Below, piece by piece: positions 56,481-64,000 of a stretch of 64,000 bases of DNA. A program made the translations under genes and the position numbers. The DNA comes from a virus (Duplodnaviria; Caudoviricetes): IMG/VR virus record IMGVR_UViG_3300010311_001094, positions 1-64,000 of that record. One strand, written 5' to 3'. Under the pieces are notes generated by a model that saw nothing but the letters and a program-made list of their open reading frames with translations, searched no databases and had not been told where the DNA came from. Position 1 is the first letter of the stretch. Each line of letters starts with the position of its first letter.

Positions 56481-57756
56481 TCGTATCACCACCCTCTGCT
56501 GTCGGCATCGCTGCCACCGCTTCATCGAAGGAAAGCTTCTGTCCGTCACGGATGACATACACATCATCGTACTTGCCCTCGCGGAATTTGATATACCGCT
56601 TCACTTGAACGTCCACAAACTTTTCATCCAATTCTACAGCTCTGCATTTTCGGTCGAGCTGTTCACAGGCGATCATGGTAGAACCGGAACCGTGGAAGCC
56701 GTCCAGCACAATGCCGTTTGTCATGGTGGACTGCTTGATGAGATATGCCATCAGCGGTACAGGCTTTGCAGTCGGATGTCCCTCACCCTCGGCTTTGGAG
56801 CTTTTCGGACGGTCGAAGTCAAAGCAGGTGGTCTGCTTACGGTCACCGTACCATGTGTGCTTGCCGTCCTTTTTCCAGCCGTAGATCACAGGCTCGAAGT
56901 TCTGCTGATAGTCCGTCCTCGACAGCACAAGCCTGTCCTTGCGCCAGACCAATCCGCAAGAAACACGGAATCCGGCATCCTCGAAAGCGTCATAGAACAC
57001 CCTCGATTTTGATGTCGCGTAGAAAACATACACCGCAGAATCATCTGCAAGGTTCTCTTTGAAACAGGCAAATGCGCTTTTCAGGAATTCATAGCCTTCC
57101 TTATCCGAAAGGTCATCGTTCTTGATGCTGCCGGAGGTATTGCTGTATGCTACGAGGTACGGCGGATCGGTCAGCAGGAGATTTGCTTTTTCACCGTTCA
57201 TAAGCAGCTCGTAGGTTTCCGACTTGGTGCTGTCACCGCAGACGATACGGTGCTTGCCCAGAATCCACAGGTCACCGAGTTTTGAGAAGGTCGGCTGTTT
57301 CAGCTCTTCTTCAATATCAAAGTCATCTTCCTTGATGTCTTTATTGTGTACCTGATTGAAAAGCTGCTCGATCTCCGGCGGATCAAAGCCGGTCTTTCCG
57401 AGGTCGAAGTCGCTGTCCTGAATGTCCTGCAACAGTTCAGCCAGAAGGCTCTCGTCCCATGCGCCGGTGATCTTGTTGAGCGCAATGTTCAGCGCCTTTT
57501 CTCTGACCTTGTCGATGTCCACCACCGCACAGGGTACCTCGGTGTATCCGAGCGCCATCGCTACGGTCAGTCGCTGATGCCCGCCGATGATGGTCATGTC
57601 GGCGTTGACTACCAGCGGATCGGCAAAGCCGAATTCCTCGATGCTGTTTTTGATCTTTTCGTATTCCTTGTCGCCGGGCTTCAGCTTTTTGCGCGGGTTA
57701 TATGCCGCAGGCTTCAGCTCCGTGACAGGGATCACACGAAGTTCTGCTGTCTTCAT
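56473..57756 (-). CDS. ParB-like domain fused to N6/N4 DNA methyltransferase
   Basis: PAAYNPRK..IIGGHQRL; LTDPPY; HPTAKPV; LDGFHGSGST. Confidence 0.9.
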   Translation of the reverse strand: MKTAELRVIPVTELKPAAYNPRKKLKPGDKEYEKIKNSIEEFGFADPLVVNADMTIIGGHQRLTVAMALGYTEVPCAVVDIDKVREKALNIALNKITGAWDESLLAELLQDIQDSDFDLGKTGFDPPEIEQLFNQVHNKDIKEDDFDIEEELKQPTFSKLGDLWILGKHRIVCGDSTKSETYELLMNGEKANLLLTDPPYLVAYSNTSGSIKNDDLSDKEGYEFLKSAFACFKENLADDSAVYVFYATSKSRVFYDAFEDAGFRVSCGLVWRKDRLVLSRTDYQQNFEPVIYGWKKDGKHTWYGDRKQTTCFDFDRPKSSKAEGEGHPTAKPVPLMAYLIKQSTMTNGIVLDGFHGSGSTMIACEQLDRKCRAVELDEKFVDVQVKRYIKFREGKYDDVYVIRDGQKLSFDEAVAAMPTAEGGDTNG

Positions 57757-57757
57757 C

Positions 57758-58092
57758 TCATCCCTCCACATAGTACAACTGCCGTAGCTTTGCGGCTCGT
57801 TTTAAGTTCTGCTCTTTCAGCGCAGCCATCTCGCGGAGCGACTGTTCACTCAGCGGCTTGATCTTGTGCTTTTCCGCAAGCGTTCTGTATCTGCGGATAT
57901 CCTTGCAGAGGTCTGCATCCGTAACGGATACGAGATACGCCTTGCCGCAATAGTCGCAGCGGAAGAAGCTGTATTCGATCTCACCCTCACGCTGCGTCAG
58001 TGTTTCCGGCACAAATGCACATCCGCACTTATCGCACCGCACTGCATTCTTCAGCACAATGCGAGGTTTGCTTTTCTTGTTTTTTCGCTCAT
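57758..58092 (-). CDS. Zinc-ribbon hypothetical protein; RBS-associated ATG is out of frame by one base
   Basis: CDKCG..CDYCG; AGGAAAGGAG plus ATG 58092 would join the ORF with one extra A in the A6 run at 58080-58085. Confidence 0.6.
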
Positions 58093-58109
58093 ACGGCTCC
58101 TTTCCTGGT

Positions 58110-58251
58110 CATGATCTGCACAAAGAATGTGCATTATCTGCGCTCGATGTTCTGTACATTTAGCCGCTTGCTATAATACCGAAGCTATGGTAATATGGGT
58201 ACAACGGAGGCGGGAAAGCCCCGCCAAATGCAGAACACGGAGGATACAGAT
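58110..58251 (+). promoter_or_regulatory. Regulatory cassette copy H (inverted orientation)
   Basis: TTGCTA-N17-TAATAT; leader ACAACGGAGGCGGGAAAGCCCCGCC; GGAGG. Confidence 0.8.
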
Positions 58252-58440
58252 ATGAAGTACGAGGTTATCATCAACAACTACCAGAAGGGCACACAGCTCA
58301 AGACCGCCATGCAGGATCATGTGATTCTGCTCGAAAAGATCGACCGGAATCACCACCGGGTGGTCTACGAGCTGGAGAACGACCGCCAGCGGCAGTTCAT
58401 CGAGAAGGTGTACGCCCGGAAGCTCCGCCCCCTCGACTGA
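58252..58440 (+). CDS. Small hypothetical protein driven by cassette H
   Basis: MKYEVIINNYQKG.. 62 aa; RBS and downstream hairpin. Confidence 0.7.
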   Translation: MKYEVIINNYQKGTQLKTAMQDHVILLEKIDRNHHRVVYELENDRQRQFIEKVYARKLRPLD

Positions 58441-58448
58441 GGGCGGGG

Positions 58449-58919
58449 TTACCAGACTACCTCACCGCCGCGCAGGCGGAGGATGCGCTGATTCTGGCTG
58501 CCCCGGAAAGCAAGCGAGATATCCTTCTGTTCCAGCAGAAACGGACCGTCAACAAGTACATCAACGTACCTGAGAATTTCCTCGCCCTGCAGCATCTCGT
58601 AGGTGTATCCGGAGAACAGCCAAGTGTCCGAATTCGGAGACTCAAGTTTTATCCGTTTCAGAAACGGGATCAGGACTTCCTCATTTTCCTCCTCGCAGGG
58701 TTCACCGCCGAGAACAGAAAGCCCCTGTATCCACGAGGGACGCAGGGCTTCAATGATCTCATCTTCAGTTTCTTTAGTGAACGGCTTGCCGTAGCCGAAA
58801 TCCCAGGCTCCGGGGTTATGACAGCCCTTGCAGTGATTCCGGCATCCGCTGACAAACAGCGAGACTCTGACACCTTCGCCATTAGCGATGTCGTTTTTGT
58901 TCAGACCGCAGTAATTCAA
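58449..58919 (-). CDS. nrdG: Anaerobic ribonucleotide reductase activase
   Basis: DIANGEGVRVSLFVSGCRNHCKGCHN radical-SAM motif, LGGEP, FRGSQNQ; TTG start overlapping the nrdD stop. Confidence 0.9.
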   Translation of the reverse strand: MNYCGLNKNDIANGEGVRVSLFVSGCRNHCKGCHNPGAWDFGYGKPFTKETEDEIIEALRPSWIQGLSVLGGEPCEEENEEVLIPFLKRIKLESPNSDTWLFSGYTYEMLQGEEILRYVDVLVDGPFLLEQKDISLAFRGSQNQRILRLRGGEVVW

Positions 58920-61063
58920 AGATGCATCACCCTGTCCTTTATTTCGGCAGTGCGTCCCTGATTCCAGAACTGGGTTCCGAGGTAGCCGCAGGTACGGCGG
59001 CAGACATTCAGCGTCCGCTGATCCCGGTTGCCGCAGTTCGGGCATTCCCAGATCAGCTTGCCGTCTTCTTCCACGATCCCGATCTCGCCGTCATAGCCGC
59101 AAGCCTGACAGTAATCGGACTTGGTATTCAGTTCGGCGTACAGAATCGTTTCGTAGATGTGTCTCATGAGCACCAGCACTGCAGGGATATTGTTTTGCAG
59201 ATTCGGTACTTCCACATAACTGATCGCACCGCCCGGAGAAAGCTCCTGAAACTCTGCCTCAAAAATTAGCTTGCTGAAGGCATCGATCGGCTCAGTCACA
59301 TGGACATGATAGCTGTTGGTGATATAGCTCTTGTCGGTCACATGAGGAATGATGCCGTGTCTGCGCTGCAAACATTGTGCAAATTTGTAGGTGACGCTCT
59401 CCATCGGCGTGCCGTACAGCGAAAAGCTGATGTTTGTTTCGGCTCTCCACTTGCTGCACTTGTCGTTCAGGAATTGCATCACTGAAATGGCGAAGGATTT
59501 TCCCTCCGACTCTGTATGCGAACAGCCTGTCATGCGGTAGGTCATTTCCGCAATGCCGGCATAGCCGAGGGAAATGGTGCTGTAATTGTTGTATAGCAGA
59601 TCATCAATGACCTCGCCTTTGCCGAGCCTTGCGAGTGCGCCGTACTGCCAGAGGATCGGCGCAACATCGGACGGTGTTCCTGTCAGCCTGTCATGCATGC
59701 ACATCAGAGCCTTGCGGCACAGTTCGCAGCGTTCATTCAGAAGCTGCCAGAACTTTTCTGTATCACCGTCTGCTGAACACGCCACATCCACCAGATTCAG
59801 CGTGATAACGCCCTGATTGAATCTGCCATAATACTTGTGATCGGTAGACGGTGTGAGAAAACTGCGGCACCCCATGCAGGCATACACATCACCCTTCAGC
59901 TTTTTCATGATCTTGGCAGAGATATAGTCGGGCACCATGCGCTTTGCCGTACACTTGGCAGCAAGCTCGGTCAGATACCAGTAGCGGCTGTCCTCGGTGA
60001 TATTGTCTTCATCGAGAACATAGATCAGCTTCGGGAATGCCGGGGTGATCCAGACCCCCTTTTCGTTTTTGACACCCTCGATACGCTGAAGCAGCGTTTC
60101 CTCGATAATGAGTGCAAGGTCATCTCTGGTCTGTCCCTCCGGTGCCTCGTCCAGATACATAAACACCGTTACAAACGGTGTTTGCCCGTTGGTGGTGAGC
60201 AGTGTGTTTATCTGGTACTGTATCGTCTGCACGCCTCGCTTGACTTCCCGGCGAACTCGTTTCTCAACGATGTGGTTCAGTTCCTCGTCACTTAGCTTTG
60301 CGCCGCAGTCGCAGTTCACATCCTCGAACACCTCGGCACGAATTTTCTGTCGGCTGATATCCACGAAAGGCGCAAGATGTGCCAGAGATACCGTCTGTCC
60401 GCCGTACTGATTTGATGCCACCTGTGCAATGATCTGCGTTGCGATATTGCAGGCAGTCGAAAAGCTGTGCGGCTTCTCAATCATAGTACCGGATACCACT
60501 GTGCCGTTCTGAAGCATATCCTCCAGATTCACCAGACAGCAGTTGTGCATCGGCTCTGCGATGTAGTCCAAATCGTGTACATGAATGATCCCGTCATCGT
60601 GGGCGGCGATCACATCCTCCGGAAACAGGAATCTGCGGCAGATGTCTCTGCTGACCTCCCCCGCCATATAGTCACGGAGCGTGCTGTTGATGATCGGGTT
60701 CTTGTTGGCGTTCTCCTGTTTTGCCTCCTCGTTGTTCCTCTCAAGGAGACTGAGAATCTTGCCGTCCGTTGTGTTCATCCGGCGCTGCTGTTCATGCAGG
60801 AGTCTGTATTCGCTGTAGTGCCGTGCAAGTTTGTAAGCTTCGGCCCTGTCCAGTTCATCAAGAACCATGTCCTGGACTTCTTCGACATGGACAGGCCTTG
60901 CAAGTGCCTCACATCGCTTTTCTACATTACCAGCAATAAAGCCGATTACTGTATCTGTGATCCTGTCGCCGGAATCCATCTCATCGTTTGCCGCAGTAAT
61001 TGCGGCTCTGATCTTTTCACAGTCATACGGCACCTCTGCGCCGTTTCGCTTGATAATTCTCAT
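58916..61063 (-). CDS. nrdD: Anaerobic ribonucleoside-triphosphate reductase
   Basis: ATP cone, HNCCL, MGCRSFL, YGTPMES, CQACG..CPNCG, RRTCGYLG. Confidence 0.95.
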   Translation of the reverse strand: MRIIKRNGAEVPYDCEKIRAAITAANDEMDSGDRITDTVIGFIAGNVEKRCEALARPVHVEEVQDMVLDELDRAEAYKLARHYSEYRLLHEQQRRMNTTDGKILSLLERNNEEAKQENANKNPIINSTLRDYMAGEVSRDICRRFLFPEDVIAAHDDGIIHVHDLDYIAEPMHNCCLVNLEDMLQNGTVVSGTMIEKPHSFSTACNIATQIIAQVASNQYGGQTVSLAHLAPFVDISRQKIRAEVFEDVNCDCGAKLSDEELNHIVEKRVRREVKRGVQTIQYQINTLLTTNGQTPFVTVFMYLDEAPEGQTRDDLALIIEETLLQRIEGVKNEKGVWITPAFPKLIYVLDEDNITEDSRYWYLTELAAKCTAKRMVPDYISAKIMKKLKGDVYACMGCRSFLTPSTDHKYYGRFNQGVITLNLVDVACSADGDTEKFWQLLNERCELCRKALMCMHDRLTGTPSDVAPILWQYGALARLGKGEVIDDLLYNNYSTISLGYAGIAEMTYRMTGCSHTESEGKSFAISVMQFLNDKCSKWRAETNISFSLYGTPMESVTYKFAQCLQRRHGIIPHVTDKSYITNSYHVHVTEPIDAFSKLIFEAEFQELSPGGAISYVEVPNLQNNIPAVLVLMRHIYETILYAELNTKSDYCQACGYDGEIGIVEEDGKLIWECPNCGNRDQRTLNVCRRTCGYLGTQFWNQGRTAEIKDRVMHL

Positions 61064-61545
61064 GCTGTATCCATCAGCTCCTTTTCAGACTCTGCCAGAA
61101 GTTCGGCGCAGTCCTTGCCGTGATACCTCCGGCACTGTCGGTTCAGTATCTCATACACACACTCACGCTCTGTTTCGGTCAGGTCGATTGTGTACATATC
61201 CTCGTTGTCATCTGAATCGGAATTGACGACCACAAAGCTGATGCTGCTGTCAAGCTGACACTGCTGATGGTCGCCGGGTAATTTTGAAACTCCTACATAG
61301 AAATCATACCAACCGTCATTGTCTACATCGTCCGTTCTTCCGTCCCTCGGATGCATCGGGAGATAGCCTTTCTCCATTCGGATGCGGTCTGTGACCTCCG
61401 CAAGTGCATCCGTTGCCATGAGCTGGAACTCGACAGTCGGAAAGCGGCAGGGGTAGGTGTCATAGATCTGATCGCTGCCGTACATGACCTCTGCACCGCT
61501 GTCAAGCTGTATCGCATCACGAATGAAGTTCTCTGTCAGTGTCAT
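61060..61545 (-). CDS. Hypothetical protein
   Basis: MTLTENFIRDAI..; AGGAGG RBS; coupled to nrdD. Confidence 0.65.
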   Translation of the reverse strand: MTLTENFIRDAIQLDSGAEVMYGSDQIYDTYPCRFPTVEFQLMATDALAEVTDRIRMEKGYLPMHPRDGRTDDVDNDGWYDFYVGVSKLPGDHQQCQLDSSISFVVVNSDSDDNEDMYTIDLTETERECVYEILNRQCRRYHGKDCAELLAESEKELMDTA

Positions 61546-61705
61546 GTTTTTCCTCCTCCTGCATCGGACACCAGGCGTCATACGGACAGTGACCGCAGTC
61601 GTTGTAGTGGCATTTCCCGTCATGCTTGATGATCGAAGATATCCAGATCGCATGGATCAGGATGATGATCATCATGTAAGTAAGGCACAAAACGGTTACA
61701 AGCAT
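61517..61705 (-). CDS. Small membrane protein with Cys-rich tail
   Basis: Hydrophobic N-terminus then CHYNDCGHCPYDAWC. Confidence 0.55.
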   Translation of the reverse strand: MLVTVLCLTYMMIIILIHAIWISSIIKHDGKCHYNDCGHCPYDAWCPMQEEEKHDTDRELHS

Positions 61706-62001
61706 TTTGATTCCTCCAGTTTTTCACGATAATATCTTGTTCTGCACCGTCCGGAACAGAAGCGTTTTCGCCGTCCTGTCCTCGGCTGGGTGACCTTTGC
61801 ACCGCAGACCGGACAGCGGTTGTTTTGCTGACACCAGATTTGATAGTTGACATCGACCAGATGATTGTCTCCTGCAAGACCGTGAGCCTTGCAAAAGAGC
61901 TGCACCTGATTGGTTTTCAAGCCCAGCGACCTTGCTATTGCCTTATATCCAATGCCCTGCATCCGCATAATTCGTACTTGATATTTTTGAGAATCTGTCA
62001 T
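61696..62001 (-). CDS. HTH plus zinc-finger protein (paralogue of 19939-20331)
   Basis: MTDSQKYQVRIMRMQGIGYKAIARSLGL..CPVCG..FCSGRC. Confidence 0.75.
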   Translation of the reverse strand: MTDSQKYQVRIMRMQGIGYKAIARSLGLKTNQVQLFCKAHGLAGDNHLVDVNYQIWCQQNNRCPVCGAKVTQPRTGRRKRFCSGRCRTRYYREKLEESKCL

Positions 62002-62289
62002 CTGATTCACCTCGAAACTTCTGATTTTATGCGGTTTTCGGTATCCACACGGGCTCCGCCAAGAATAAAACTGTAAAATGCGGTTTGGCGCTAAAAATGT
62101 GCTAATTCTATCGCTTTTTGACGTAAATTCGCCGTTTTACAGTGCATTTTGTAACGAAACTCTGTATGTATCCTGCCGCCGCAGTTTCCTACGGCAGCAT
62201 ATGGAAAAGCACGAAAAATCTGCGTTTTCTGTTTTCTGCACAGTATTTCATTTACAGCTAATATATCTCTGTCAGGGTCCCAAATGACC

Positions 62290-62410
62290 GGGGCCCTTGC
62301 AAATTCGCGTTTTTTCACACGAGAGGGGCCGACGGTCTTGTGCTGCCCTCATTTTAGAGATTTCGACCGCCCCCGGAGGGGCGCCCCAGCCCCCAGCCCG
62401 CCCCATAGAT
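62290..62410 (-). other. Putative cos/packaging region
   Basis: GC-rich GGGGGCGGTCGAAATCTCT..GACCGTCGGCCCCTCTC..CGCGAATT directly after the HNH gene, the usual cos position in HK97-like phages. Confidence 0.5.
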
Positions 62411-62458
62411 ACACCCCTGAGTCGAGTCTGAATCGCAGAGTAGGTCGGTGAGCCGCAT

Positions 62459-62818
62459 TCAGTACTTGTACTCAGGGGTGTGATCCTCGTTTCGGGTCTT
62501 GATGCTGTGGTGACGGTGACAAAGGCTCTGCCAGTTGCTCTGATCCCAGAAGAGAACACTGTCTCCTCGATGCGGCTTGATGTGGTCGACATCAGTCGCC
62601 TTGACGTACCGCCCTTGCTTCAAGCACTCCACACACAGCGGATGGGTCTCAAGGTAACGCTTGCGGGCTTTGTTCCACGCTGTGCCGTAGCCTCGGCTGC
62701 CTGCCGAGCGTGTCTCCTCCGGGTGGAGGGAACGGTGCTTGTCACAGTACTTCGTACCGTAGGGAACGAGAGCCGCGCAGCCGGGATGCCGGCATGGTGT
62801 GTTCGGTCTCTTGGGCAT
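62459..62818 (-). CDS. Terminase-associated HNH endonuclease
   Basis: CRHPGC, HPLCVEC, VDHIKPHRGD..NWQSLCHRHH. Confidence 0.9.
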   Translation of the reverse strand: MPKRPNTPCRHPGCAALVPYGTKYCDKHRSLHPEETRSAGSRGYGTAWNKARKRYLETHPLCVECLKQGRYVKATDVDHIKPHRGDSVLFWDQSNWQSLCHRHHSIKTRNEDHTPEYKY

Positions 62819-62920
62819 TGGCTTCACCTCCTGTTTTCGAGCCTCGTAAATGAGCCTCTACTATATAGCGTTTCAGGGGGGTATTTTGTGGGTATCGTTG
62901 CAAAAGTTTTTAGAAAAATT

Positions 62921-64000
62921 TTATTTCTCCCACGGAAGCCCCCGCTTTCCAAAGTGTCCGTAGGCGGAAACCTTGTTATAATCTACATCCAGCAGACCGA
63001 GGCTTTCGATAATGCCTCTCGGTGTGAGGTCATAGTTCTCACGGACATAATGCTCGATGAACGCCCTATCCTGATGCTCTGTGCCGAAGGTCTCCACATA
63101 AACAGACACCGGTTCTGCCACGCCAATGGCGTAAGCGATCTGCACCTCTGCTTTGTCCGCATAGCCGGCGCTGACGATATCTCTCGCAATCTTACGGGCG
63201 GCATAGGCACCGCTGCGGTCAACCTTGGACGGGTCCTTGCCGGACATTGCACCGCCGCCGATGTGCCCGATGCCGCCATAGGTATCGCAGGCGAGCTTAC
63301 GTCCGGTCACACCGCAGTCAGCAAAGGAGCTGCCGAGGACGAATCTGCCGGTCGGGTTCACGAGCTTTGTGAAGTCGGTGTTCAGCCCGTACTCTGTCGC
63401 CGTTCTTACCATCAGCCTTTCGATAATCGGTCTGAAATCCTCAACATCCACATCGCGGATATGCTGAACGGAGCAGAGGAATGTAGTGATACAGCCGCTG
63501 TCGTAGTCGAAGCTGACCTGCGCCTTGGCATCTGCTTTCAGCATACGGCAAGGGTACGCTTTGAGCAGTTCCAGAAACCTGGTCGCAAGCACAAACGGGA
63601 TCGGGAGCAGTTCCGGTGTTTCGTTGGTCGCATAGCCGTACATCATGCCCTGATCGCCTGCACCGCCACTGTTCACACCGAGCGCGATATCATTGCTCTG
63701 ATGATCGACCAGTATCGCAATGTCCAGATCGTCGGCTGTGAAGTCCAGTTTGTAGTCAAGACCGGCATCGCTATTCTCAGCTCCGCCGTTGTTGATGCGG
63801 TCGAACACCTGCTGCACCAGTGCCTTGTAGTCCGGCTCATGGGTACTGGTCAGCTCACCGGCAATGACAAGGCAGCGGTTCTTGAAAAGGCACTCGATGG
63901 CAACACGGCTGCTGCGGTCATGCTGAATGCAGTCGGTCACGATAGCGTCTGCGATCTGGTCACAGATCTTGTCGGGGTGTCCTGCGGATACCTGTTCACT
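62921..64000 (-). CDS. metK: S-adenosylmethionine synthetase (5' end beyond the window)
   Basis: GHPDKICDQIAD, GAGDQG, GVTGRKL, GGGAMSGKDPSKVDRS, AYGHFG. Confidence 0.93.
   Translation of the reverse strand, partial: SEQVSAGHPDKICDQIADAIVTDCIQHDRSSRVAIECLFKNRCLVIAGELTSTHEPDYKALVQQVFDRINNGGAENSDAGLDYKLDFTADDLDIAILVDHQSNDIALGVNSGGAGDQGMMYGYATNETPELLPIPFVLATRFLELLKAYPCRMLKADAKAQVSFDYDSGCITTFLCSVQHIRDVDVEDFRPIIERLMVRTATEYGLNTDFTKLVNPTGRFVLGSSFADCGVTGRKLACDTYGGIGHIGGGAMSGKDPSKVDRSGAYAARKIARDIVSAGYADKAEVQIAYAIGVAEPVSVYVETFGTEHQDRAFIEHYVRENYDLTPRGIIESLGLLDVDYNKVSAYGHFGKRGLPWEK

Larger units (their letters stand above)
16431..64000 (-). mobile_element. Siphoviral prophage (HK97-type head, long non-contractile tail), extends beyond the window
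   Basis: Contiguous terS-terL-portal-ClpP-capsid-connectors-tail-TMP-Dit-holin-lysin-LSR gene order; boundary inferred from the truncated LSR. Confidence 0.9.

Noticed and set aside
1-64000. tRNA or rRNA genes
   Set aside because: None recognised by eye; tRNAscan-SE or Infernal would be needed to exclude them.

Overview
Clostridia-type (Bacillota; Ruminococcus/Lachnospiraceae-like) DNA, almost entirely minus-strand coded, in two parts. (1) About 1-16430 is a recombinase-rich island next to surface-polysaccharide genes: a low-GC HEPN-like gene, a pglD-like pseudogene, a large serine recombinase (LSR) module with an AAA ATPase and XRE repressor, a UDP-glucuronate epimerase, an XRE-HTH-fused Ugd, and four tandem LSR genes. 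(2) About 16431 to beyond 64000 is an HK97-fold siphoviral prophage that appears to have integrated into the fourth LSR gene. It carries its own LSR pair, lysis, tail, head and packaging genes. An Ll.LtrB-like group II intron splits the prohead ClpP gene (38439-40940) and a Gln-initiated class-3-type mini-intein lies in TerL. A 17 kb cargo separates terS from the HNH/putative cos region: amidoligase/GGCT, SLOG plus Arc, three DNA methyltransferases (one with a nested out-of-frame gene), a PAPS-reductase-like gene and nrdDG; metK lies just beyond HNH. Best candidate for an undescribed system: eight repeated regulatory cassettes in this cargo, each a bipartite fixed-spacing upstream site, a sigma-A promoter and a (mostly conserved) 5' leader hairpin, driving one to a few small genes; the same upstream site also occurs at an LSR promoter outside the prophage. 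Also notable: seven LSRs, three paralogous copies of an uncharacterised LSR-associated domain, and the HTH-Ugd fusion whose promoter is bracketed by 19-bp inverted repeats. Several point lesions suggest a decaying prophage or read errors. All family assignments are by motif recognition without database searches.
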